From Acidimicrobiales bacterium (GTDB taxonomy: Bacteria > Actinomycetota > Acidimicrobiia > Acidimicrobiales > SHLQ01), in NCBI GenBank assembly GCA_020628865.1, contig JAHDEJ010000001.1, positions 170,395 to 234,394 on the forward strand: DNA of 64,000 bases. Direction: 5' to 3'. A model generated the notes under the pieces. That model ran no database searches. It worked only from the letters and a program-made list of their open reading frames with translations, and was not told the origin of the DNA. This document shows, in pieces, positions 57,243 through 64,000 of the stretch. Position 1 is the first letter of the stretch; every line of letters starts with the position of its first letter. Made by a program: the position numbers and the translations under genes.

Positions 57243-58385
57243 TTAACCCGATTCTGAGTCCTCGCCAACGCCGTCGGGGGTGACGTCCGCCGGCAATTCG
57301 GCGGTCTCGCCCAGATCGGGATCGGTGCATCCGCTCAGACCGCCTCCCCCACCGGACGACCGGAGTCCGAAGCTCGGTTCGACGAACCCGCTTCCCGGAT
57401 CGTCGGTGCTGAACCAGCGGACGATCGCATTGGTGATCGCCTGCGCCTCGGCCGCGATGAACGCCCGGGTCTGCAACAAGGCGAGTTCCTCCGGGTTGCC
57501 CATGAAACTCATCTCGGCGAGCACGGCCGGCATGGTCGGGGTTCGCACCATCCCGTAGAAGTCCTCGCCGGTCGACGCGTTCGGCCGGTAGGTCGCTCCG
57601 GCGTCGGTGCCGGCGAACCAGCTCTCGACCTCGAACGCACCGAGTTCCACCAACGCCTCCTCGCGCAGCAACCCGGCGAATCGCTTCGACTCCTCGGAGG
57701 TCTGCTGGTAGTAGATCTCGGTTCCCGGCGTGTCCGACCGCGGGACGTTCGGGTCGGTTCCCTGATGATGGACCGATACCAGGAGGGCCGCCTCGAGCCG
57801 CTCGGCGATCTCCACCCGTGTGACCAGCGGAACGCGGTAGTCCGCGTAGCGGGTCAATGTGGACGCGATGCCATGGCGGCGGAGCTGCAGCTCCACCAGT
57901 GTGGCGACCTCGAAGTTCAGCGACGCTTCGGAGATGCCGTCGTCGCTGACCGCACCGGGTTCGAAGCCGCCATGCCCGGCGTCGACCACCACGTGCACGC
58001 GATCGAGGGGCGTCCCGTCGGTCACCAGCGCCAGCTCCTGGCAGGGTGTGCGCACCACCCAACCGTCCGGTCTGGTCTCGAGCACCGGCAAGACGACGTC
58101 GGTTGTCGTGCGGAGTGCCCGCGCCTCACCGTCGAAGTCGAGCGGGGGCGCGAGCGTTGTCGTGGAGGTGGTCGTCGTCGGCGGGAGTGTCGTCGTGGTG
58201 CTTGTCGGTGCGTCCGTGGACGACGGTGCAACCGCAGTGCGCCCGACCGACACCGCATCGACGGCGCCTTCGTTCGTACCCGTGCAGGCAGAAGCCACGA
58301 TCATCATCGCCGCCCCGGCGATCAGTACTGTCCGCACCCCGGAAGTTTCCCACAGCGAGGTCGTGGTCCGATCGACCCCGGGCAC
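57243..58385 (-). CDS. N-acetylmuramoyl-L-alanine amidase (Amidase_3), probable lipoprotein
   Basis: VVVDAGHGGFEPGA and AEMSFMGN motifs. MMIVASAC lipobox-like sequence. Ser/Thr/Pro linker. The start is uncertain (GTG 58385 or 58337). Confidence 0.8.
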   Translation of the reverse strand: MPGVDRTTTSLWETSGVRTVLIAGAAMMIVASACTGTNEGAVDAVSVGRTAVAPSSTDAPTSTTTTLPPTTTTSTTTLAPPLDFDGEARALRTTTDVVLPVLETRPDGWVVRTPCQELALVTDGTPLDRVHVVVDAGHGGFEPGAVSDDGISEASLNFEVATLVELQLRRHGIASTLTRYADYRVPLVTRVEIAERLEAALLVSVHHQGTDPNVPRSDTPGTEIYYQQTSEESKRFAGLLREEALVELGAFEVESWFAGTDAGATYRPNASTGEDFYGMVRTPTMPAVLAEMSFMGNPEELALLQTRAFIAAEAQAITNAIVRWFSTDDPGSGFVEPSFGLRSSGGGGGLSGCTDPDLGETAELPADVTPDGVGEDSESG

Positions 58386-58415
58386 ACTTCCCCACCCAGC
58401 AGTACAGTTTCAAAC

Positions 58416-58610
58416 ATGAAGCTGTCGAAACTCCCCGGCGTATCCCTCCTGCTCGTTGGCCTCGTGCTCATGTTCCTGCTCCGGCCGATCGTGGGCAGCA
58501 TTCCTGCGATTGGAGGTCTGCTGCAGACGATGGCGTTCGTCGTGGGCGGCCTCGGCATCGTGGGCGGCGGCTACCTGGTGGTCCGCGCACTGACCGGAAT
58601 GGGCCGATAG
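58416..58610 (+). CDS. small hypothetical membrane protein (64 aa, 2 TM)
   Basis: MKLSKLPGVSLLLVGLVLMFLL...VVGGLGIVGGGYLVV. It ends 2 nt before the M48 peptidase start. No clear SD. Confidence 0.45.
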   Translation: MKLSKLPGVSLLLVGLVLMFLLRPIVGSIPAIGGLLQTMAFVVGGLGIVGGGYLVVRALTGMGR

Positions 58611-58612
58611 GC

Positions 58613-59608
58613 ATGGCGGCCAAGAAGAAGACCCCCGCCGCCAAACACGTCACGCTCACCGGCATCAGCAGCCATGCGTGGGAGCACCCGACCGACCGGG
58701 CCGCGCTGAGCGCGCTCCGCCAGATCCCCGGCTTCGATTCCCTTCTGCGCAAGGTCGTCGGCGTCTTTGGCGAGAAGAACATCGGCACCGTCTTCAAGGC
58801 AGCCGCCGTGCAGGTCAACGAAGCCCAGTATCCGGACATCCACGCTTCGCTCGTCCGGGCCTGCGCCACCCTCGACACCGAGGTGCCGCCGCTGTACATC
58901 TCGCAGACGCCGATCGCGAATGCCGGCGCGATCGGCATGGACCACCCGTTCATCGTGCTCAATTCGAGCCTGATCGAACTCGCCACTCCGGCCGAGGTCG
59001 AGGTCGTGCTCGGTCACGAAGTCGGCCACATCATGAGCGAACACGCGCTCTACCGGACGCTGCTCGTCCTGCTTCTGCAGTTCGGGGCATCGAACATCAT
59101 TCCGGGTCCGGCGATCCTCCCGATCACCCTGGCGCTGCAGGAGTGGAGCCGGAAGGCGGAGATCTCGTGCGACCGCGCCGGGCTCCTCGCCACGCAGGAC
59201 CTCGAGTCCGCCATGGGTCTGCACGCAGTGCTGGCCGGCGGTGTTCGAGGACGGCGCGACGAGCTGAACATCGAAGCGTTCCTCGAGCAATCCGATCAGT
59301 ATCGCGACGCCGGCGGGCTGTCCGCCTACTACCGATTCATGTCGACGCTCGGCCGCTCACATCCCTTCCCGGTGATCCGGGTTGCCGAGCTTCGGAACTG
59401 GGTCGAGTCCGGCGAGTACGCGTCGATTCTGGAAGGCAACTATCTGACGACGTCCGATCCGCGGCCGGTGGCCGACGACGTCGCCGCGGCCACGAAGAAT
59501 TTCTCGGACAGTGCGGCCAAGGTCTTCGAAGACACCGACCGCTACGTGAACGAAGCACTCACCGGGTTCATGAACTCGGCCAAGAAGCTCTTCAACGACG
59601 CGGCCTGA
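58613..59608 (+). CDS. M48-family zinc metallopeptidase
   Basis: HEVGHIMSEH zinc motif and a downstream EISCDRAG. Confidence 0.85.
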   Translation: MAAKKKTPAAKHVTLTGISSHAWEHPTDRAALSALRQIPGFDSLLRKVVGVFGEKNIGTVFKAAAVQVNEAQYPDIHASLVRACATLDTEVPPLYISQTPIANAGAIGMDHPFIVLNSSLIELATPAEVEVVLGHEVGHIMSEHALYRTLLVLLLQFGASNIIPGPAILPITLALQEWSRKAEISCDRAGLLATQDLESAMGLHAVLAGGVRGRRDELNIEAFLEQSDQYRDAGGLSAYYRFMSTLGRSHPFPVIRVAELRNWVESGEYASILEGNYLTTSDPRPVADDVAAATKNFSDSAAKVFEDTDRYVNEALTGFMNSAKKLFNDAA

Positions 59609-59620
59609 ATCCGACACGGT

Positions 59621-59650
59621 CCGGGGTCGGGCGGGCGAACCCGACCCCGG
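59621..59650. terminator. bidirectional terminator hairpin between convergent genes
   Basis: Perfect 11-bp stem CCGGGGTCGGG / CCCGACCCCGG with an 8-nt loop. Confidence 0.55.
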
Positions 59651-59677
59651 GCCCGTGAAGGCTGAGCCGTCTTGCGC

Positions 59678-61087
59678 TCAGCCGGCCCGTGAGGCGAGGA
59701 CAGCCTCGTGGACCAGCTCCTCGATCTGATCCTTGAGTTCGCCACCGACGATCGTGGTCTTCTCGATCACGAGATAGGCGCCGTAGCCGTCGTCGAGGTC
59801 GAGCCAGGGAATCGCCCCGAAGGCTCCGGGGTCGGAGATCCGACCGGTCTCCCGATCCACGAACCAGCCCATGCCGTAGCCGCTTCCGTCCTCGGTCGAA
59901 CCGCCGTAGACAGCGCCGATCCGGTCGGCGTGCATCGTGTCGAGCGATTGCTGTGAGAGCACCTGCGTGTCGCCACAACGACCACCGCGCAAATGCATGA
60001 GCAGCAGGTCCGCATAGTCCGGCGCTGTGATGTGCGCGCCTCCCTCGATCGTCGGATTGTTCGAATCCGGGAGCAGGTCCGGACGGCCGTTGAGCGCCGT
60101 CGGATAGGGGTTGAGGTTGAGCAGCGCTCCGATCGGATCCTGAAGGAGCGCAGGAATCGCAAACCCGAGGTTCGTGTACCGCAGGGAGTCCACCCCGCAC
60201 GGTTCGACGTAGATCTCGTCGATCAGCTGATGCCAGCTCTTGCCGGACACCGTCTCCGCAACCGCCCCGGCCACCTGCCACTGCGATCCGCCGTACCGGT
60301 ACTCGGTGTCGGCGGGGGCGACGAACGCTGCGTCGAATGGCGTGTTGATGACCTTCGCCCCGCAGCGCTCGAGGCCCACCTCGAGCAGCGTGCAGGTGTA
60401 CGGGAAGACCAGCGACGGTCCGAGTCCCAGCAGACCGGAACTGTTCGACACGAGCTGAGCTGGCGTCGTTCGATGGGCCCACCAGGTGTTCGCCCACCCC
60501 ACCTGATGGCGAATCTCCCGATCCATGTGGAGGAGTCCCTGCTCCTGCAGCTTGAGCAACACGCCGGCCGAGATCATCTTCGATGCCGATGCGATCAGTG
60601 TCTGGCGCTCGGGCCCGAACTCGCCGAAGTACTGCTCGTAGACGACGCCCCGTTCACGGTCGACGATGAGGAGGCCGGCACCGTTGAGGCCCTGGTCGGC
60701 CACGAACTCGTCGACATTGGCCGTGATGGAGGCAAAGACGTCGACGGGCGGCGGTGGAGGCGGCGGGACATCGTCGCTGCAGCGCGTGTCGGTGATCGAC
60801 GCCTGCCGAGACCGGACCCAGAACGGGCCGTCGCCGGCGTGTTCGGCGCCGAGCACGTACGTCGTGGCGTGGACGCGGGCCACCCACTTCGTGTTGTCGA
60901 GCTTGCGGACCTGGTAGCGGTCTTCCCCCGGGATCGCGGTCCAGTCGAGTGTGACCGTCCCATCGTCGTTGGTCGTCACCGTGCACGTCTGCCCGCCATC
61001 TTCGGCGGATGCGGGTGCCAGCCCCGTTGCGAGCGTGGCGATACACACCAGTAGCGCGGCGGTGCCGCGGCGGATTCGATTGGTCAT
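59678..61087 (-). CDS. secreted serine hydrolase (class C beta-lactamase/PBP-like) with N-terminal Cys-bracketed Ig-like module
   Basis: Signal peptide MTNRIRRGTAALLVCIATLATGLAPASA. Module CTVTTNDDGTVTLDWTAIPGEDRYQVRK...C. Poly-Pro linker. SASK (SxxK) active-site motif. Confidence 0.8.
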   Translation of the reverse strand: MTNRIRRGTAALLVCIATLATGLAPASAEDGGQTCTVTTNDDGTVTLDWTAIPGEDRYQVRKLDNTKWVARVHATTYVLGAEHAGDGPFWVRSRQASITDTRCSDDVPPPPPPPVDVFASITANVDEFVADQGLNGAGLLIVDRERGVVYEQYFGEFGPERQTLIASASKMISAGVLLKLQEQGLLHMDREIRHQVGWANTWWAHRTTPAQLVSNSSGLLGLGPSLVFPYTCTLLEVGLERCGAKVINTPFDAAFVAPADTEYRYGGSQWQVAGAVAETVSGKSWHQLIDEIYVEPCGVDSLRYTNLGFAIPALLQDPIGALLNLNPYPTALNGRPDLLPDSNNPTIEGGAHITAPDYADLLLMHLRGGRCGDTQVLSQQSLDTMHADRIGAVYGGSTEDGSGYGMGWFVDRETGRISDPGAFGAIPWLDLDDGYGAYLVIEKTTIVGGELKDQIEELVHEAVLASRAG

Positions 61088-61226
61088 CTTCCCCCCAGGA
61101 ATGTTGATGGTTACCCGTCAGTAACCCAACTTTTGGAGGAGTGATCCGGCGCAATCGTCAGATTCGATCGCAAGAACTCGCAGACTTTCGCCGAGAACGA
61201 AGTCTTCCCGATCGGACCCACCGGCA

Positions 61227-61251
61227 GACCGGGCGGACGTGCCGCCCGGTC
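61227..61251 (-). terminator. hairpin downstream of thioredoxin
   Basis: GACCGGGCGG / CCGCCCGGTC 10-bp stem with a 5-nt loop, 17 nt below the trx stop. No clear U-tract. Confidence 0.4.
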
Positions 61252-61267
61252 CCACCGATGGTGAGGA

Positions 61268-61660
61268 CTAGTGGTTGCAGCCGGGGCCGTGCTCGTGATC
61301 GGCCTGGTGGGCCGCAATCTCGGCCTTGATGGCGTCCATGTCGAGTGCCTCGATCTGCGTGATCAGGCCCTCGAGTGACGCTTCCGGGAGCGCTCCGGGC
61401 TGGGAGAAGACCTGGATGCCGTCGCGGAACGCCATGATCGTCGGGATCGACTGGATGCCGAGGCCACCGCTGAGTGCCTGCTCAGCTTCGGTGTCGACCT
61501 TGGCGAACGTGATGGCATCGTGCTTCTCGGATGCCGCCTCGTAGATGGGGGCAAACGAGCGGCACGGTCCGCACCAGCTGGCCCAGAAGTCCACCAGGAC
61601 GATGCCGTCGGCGAGGACGGTGTCTTCGAACTGCTCGGTGGTGATGTCGATGGTGCTCAT
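61268..61660 (-). CDS. trxA: thioredoxin with His/Cys-rich C-terminal extension
   Basis: WCGPC active site. An extra ~25-aa tail ends AAHQADHEHGPGCNH. Confidence 0.88.
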   Translation of the reverse strand: MSTIDITTEQFEDTVLADGIVLVDFWASWCGPCRSFAPIYEAASEKHDAITFAKVDTEAEQALSGGLGIQSIPTIMAFRDGIQVFSQPGALPEASLEGLITQIEALDMDAIKAEIAAHQADHEHGPGCNH

Positions 61661-61761
61661 GATGTGGGGGCCTTTCTGCCGTACAGGATCAAGAACCCGG
61701 TAAGAGGGTTCGGCATTCCGCCGGCGGACCGGCCTCCAGCGGGACGAAGTATGGTCGGGCG

Positions 61762-62391
61762 ATGGCCAAACTCCACGTTGCCACCGTCTCCCCGCCCAAA
61801 CCGGAGCTGATCACGCAGTGGCTATCGTCCGACCCGACGGTCGGGCCGCTCGCTGCCGATGGGCTCGTCGCACTCGGCGCCTACCGGTTCGACGATCCGG
61901 CCGAGGCCGTCGGCATCGAGTGCCATCTTCTCGGCGGCCGCGATGGAAGCGTTCTCCATGTACCGGTCACCTACCGGGCCGAACCGGAGGAATCCCTTTC
62001 GGAGCACCTCGTGGGAACGCTCGAGCATTCGGTCCTGGGCACGCGATGGGTGTACGACGGCTGCGCCGACCCGATCTGTGCTGGTGAGTTCCTGCATGCG
62101 ATGCGTACGGGCGGCACGCAGGTGGAGCTCATCGTCCACACGGACGATGGTCCCGTCGTCCGGGAGCCGAACGCCACCGTGCGCGGCTCCGGGTCCGAGG
62201 GCGCCGCTCGTTCACCGATCGACAGCATGCGCCTGGAACCGCACGGAACCGGCACGACGATCCAGACCGGTGCGCACACCATCGACATTCGGCGGATCGT
62301 GGACCTCGACGATCACTCCGCCGCAGGCGCTGCCTTGCTGGGCGCCTGGAATGACCAGCCCGACCCGGTCGTACTCGCAACACTCGCCTGA
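61762..62391 (+). CDS. hypothetical protein (tentatively CG0192-related / maltokinase N-terminal-cap-like)
   Basis: 209 aa. The N-terminus MAKLHVATVSPPKPELITQWL resembles that family from memory. The assignment is weak. Confidence 0.5.
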   Translation: MAKLHVATVSPPKPELITQWLSSDPTVGPLAADGLVALGAYRFDDPAEAVGIECHLLGGRDGSVLHVPVTYRAEPEESLSEHLVGTLEHSVLGTRWVYDGCADPICAGEFLHAMRTGGTQVELIVHTDDGPVVREPNATVRGSGSEGAARSPIDSMRLEPHGTGTTIQTGAHTIDIRRIVDLDDHSAAGAALLGAWNDQPDPVVLATLA

Positions 62392-62393
62392 GG

Positions 62394-63371
62394 TCAGCCC
62401 GCCCGCCGCTGTTCGAATGCCGCGCGGTAGGCGGTTGGCGTTGTGCCGACGGTTCGGCGGAAATGCTGACGCAGGTTGGTCGAGGTTCCGAAGCCGGCGT
62501 GATGGGCAATCTGCTCGACGGTTGCGTCCGTCGCCTCGAGCAGTCGGCGGGCGCGGCCCACGCGTTGGAGGATCACCCACTGCTGCGGCGTCGAGCCGAC
62601 GGCCGCCTTGAACCAGCGATGAAAGCCGGTGACGCTCATGTTCACCTGATCGGCGAGCAGCGGCACCGGAATCGGTTCGTGCAGCCGCTCCTCTACGAAC
62701 TGTTGCAGTCCTTCGAGGGACGGCCCGTCGAAGCGCTCTGGCGTCGGAGGGTCCACGAACTGCCGTTGATCGCCGGGCCGATGTGCCGGAAAGACGAGGC
62801 GACGAGCGACGATGTTCACGGCCTCCTCCCCGTGGTCCAGGCGAACGAGGTGCAGGGCGAGGTCGAGGGCTGCGGCGCTTCCGGCAGCGGTGTAGATCGG
62901 ATCGTCCTCCACGTAGAGCACGTCGTGGCGCAGATCGACGCCGGGGAAGCGCCGGGCGAGCTCCTCGGCGTATCGCCAGTGGGTGGTCGCCCGGCGGCCG
63001 TCGAGCAGGCCGGCCTCCGCCAGCAGCAGGGAGCCGCTGCAGAACGACACGATCCGACTTCCGTTCGCATGCGCCGAGCGGAGGACATCGATCACCTCCG
63101 GTGCGGCGGCTTCGTTGGGAGTCGGGTGGCCGGGAACGATGACCGTGTCCATGGTGGCAAGCGCCTCGAGCGGTGCGCTCGGTTCGAGAGTGAAGAACCC
63201 CTGTCGCATACGCACCGCACCGGTTCCGCAGGTCTCGAGGTGATAGGGGCGGCCGGGCAGCTCGGGCCGATCCAGGCCGAACACCTCGGTGGCCACACCC
63301 ATCTCGAACGGGTTGGTGTCGGCGACCACCAGGACGCCGACCGAATGTGGCTGGCAGGATTCTTTCGACAT
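62394..63371 (-). CDS. GlxA-family transcriptional regulator (DJ-1/PfpI domain plus AraC HTH)
   Basis: N-terminal amidotransferase-like domain (IVSFCSGSLLLAEAG). C-terminal AraC HTH (VEQIAHHAGFGTSTNLRQHFRR). Confidence 0.85.
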   Translation of the reverse strand: MSKESCQPHSVGVLVVADTNPFEMGVATEVFGLDRPELPGRPYHLETCGTGAVRMRQGFFTLEPSAPLEALATMDTVIVPGHPTPNEAAAPEVIDVLRSAHANGSRIVSFCSGSLLLAEAGLLDGRRATTHWRYAEELARRFPGVDLRHDVLYVEDDPIYTAAGSAAALDLALHLVRLDHGEEAVNIVARRLVFPAHRPGDQRQFVDPPTPERFDGPSLEGLQQFVEERLHEPIPVPLLADQVNMSVTGFHRWFKAAVGSTPQQWVILQRVGRARRLLEATDATVEQIAHHAGFGTSTNLRQHFRRTVGTTPTAYRAAFEQRRAG

Positions 63372-63422
63372 AGTGCATTTCTACCAGCAGCGGGCCCGGT
63401 TGCGACCTGCTTGGCTGGAAGC

Positions 63423-63797
63423 ATGAACGACAAGATCAACCTGGCTCAGGCACTGGCCTCCTTCGATGACCAGTGGGCGCCTCGCAACGTTGCCGCAGTG
63501 AACGACTACGACGTGCGCATCGTCCACATCGAAGGTGAGTTCGTGTGGCATTCCCACGACGACACGGACGAACTGTTCCTTGTCGTCGACGGTGAGGCGC
63601 AAATCCATCTCCGGGATCGCATCATCAACCTGCAGCCCGGCGAACTGTTCGTCGTCCCGAAGGGGGTCGAACACAAGCCCGTTTCCGAGCACGGCGCCGA
63701 CCTCCTCCTGTTCGAGCCCGGCGGCACCACCAACACGGGTACGACGGACGAGGCTCTACCCGACCACATCCAGACAACGGCAGGAGTCGCACTGTGA
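63423..63797 (+). CDS. cupin-domain protein
   Basis: 124 aa. GEFVWHSHDDTDELFLVVDGE ... GELFVVPKGVEH cupin motifs. Divergent from the GlxA regulator. Confidence 0.8.
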   Translation: MNDKINLAQALASFDDQWAPRNVAAVNDYDVRIVHIEGEFVWHSHDDTDELFLVVDGEAQIHLRDRIINLQPGELFVVPKGVEHKPVSEHGADLLLFEPGGTTNTGTTDEALPDHIQTTAGVAL

Positions 63798-64000
63798 GCA
63801 CCGACGAGACCGCACCGCCGCCGGCGCAGGCTGATGACACCGCAGCGGGGCTCGGGCCATCGGCCGACACCGCGCCACCGCCGGCGCAGGCTGACGACAA
63901 GGACTGGACCTGGGTACTGGAGCGCCCATGCCCGGACTGCGGCGCCGACGTCGGCATCCTTTCCGTCGCCGAGGTCGCAGCACTCAACCGCTCGAACGCC
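63794..64000 (+). CDS. partial CDS (5' end), Pro/Ala-rich duplicated N-terminus followed by a CPxCG zinc-ribbon-like motif
   Basis: GTGA overlap with the cupin stop. The frame stays open to the window end. Reads ...DWTWVLERPCPDCGADVG... This ORF is not in the supplied track because it runs off the window. Confidence 0.45.
   Translation, partial: MSTDETAPPPAQADDTAAGLGPSADTAPPPAQADDKDWTWVLERPCPDCGADVGILSVAEVAALNRSNA

Overview
High-GC, Actinomycetota-like (possibly Acidimicrobiia; inference from composition and gene content only) chromosomal segment. It is densely packed with about 62 supportable CDS and one tRNA-Ala(CGC). I found no rRNA, CRISPR array, transposase, integrase or phage genes. 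Most genes are core metabolism or envelope functions: glgP, moaA/moaC/moeA, threonine dehydratase, a GT2 plus GT-C glycosyltransferase pair, a CitE-like lyase, two dynamin-like GTPases, an acyl-CoA ligase, mdh, two ABC exporters, folD, rhomboid, monomeric icd, nitrilase, a three-subunit XDH-family molybdoenzyme, TetR plus MMPL, purH/purN, a DEAD-box helicase, a cell-wall amidase and thioredoxin. Many adjacent genes overlap by 4 nt (ATGA/GTGA), which suggests translational coupling. Many long ORFs in the six-frame track are antisense shadow ORFs typical of high-GC DNA, and I ignored them. The most unusual content: (1) three tandem paralogous genes (24066-28832, minus strand) encode signal-peptide-bearing proteins whose shared N-terminal domain has two LAGLIDADG-like motifs, fused to Cys-bracketed Ig-like modules and RTX calcium-binding repeats; (2) an AhpD/CMD-family gene has an in-frame TGA exactly at the second Cys of the E-x11-C-x2-C-x3-H active site, so it is either a selenoprotein candidate or a pseudogene; (3) a repeat family arranged direct-direct-inverted occurs at two intergenic loci (about 30.6 kb and 51.1 kb); (4) a 54-56 bp tandem repeat lies upstream of mdh; (5) a composite palindromic element lies between moeA and the threonine dehydratase gene; (6) a 430-bp non-coding region (19.7-20.1 kb) holds paired palindromes, a 14-codon sORF with a strong SD, and a 13-bp-stem terminator. 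All functional calls rest on motif recognition in the supplied translations; no database search was run.
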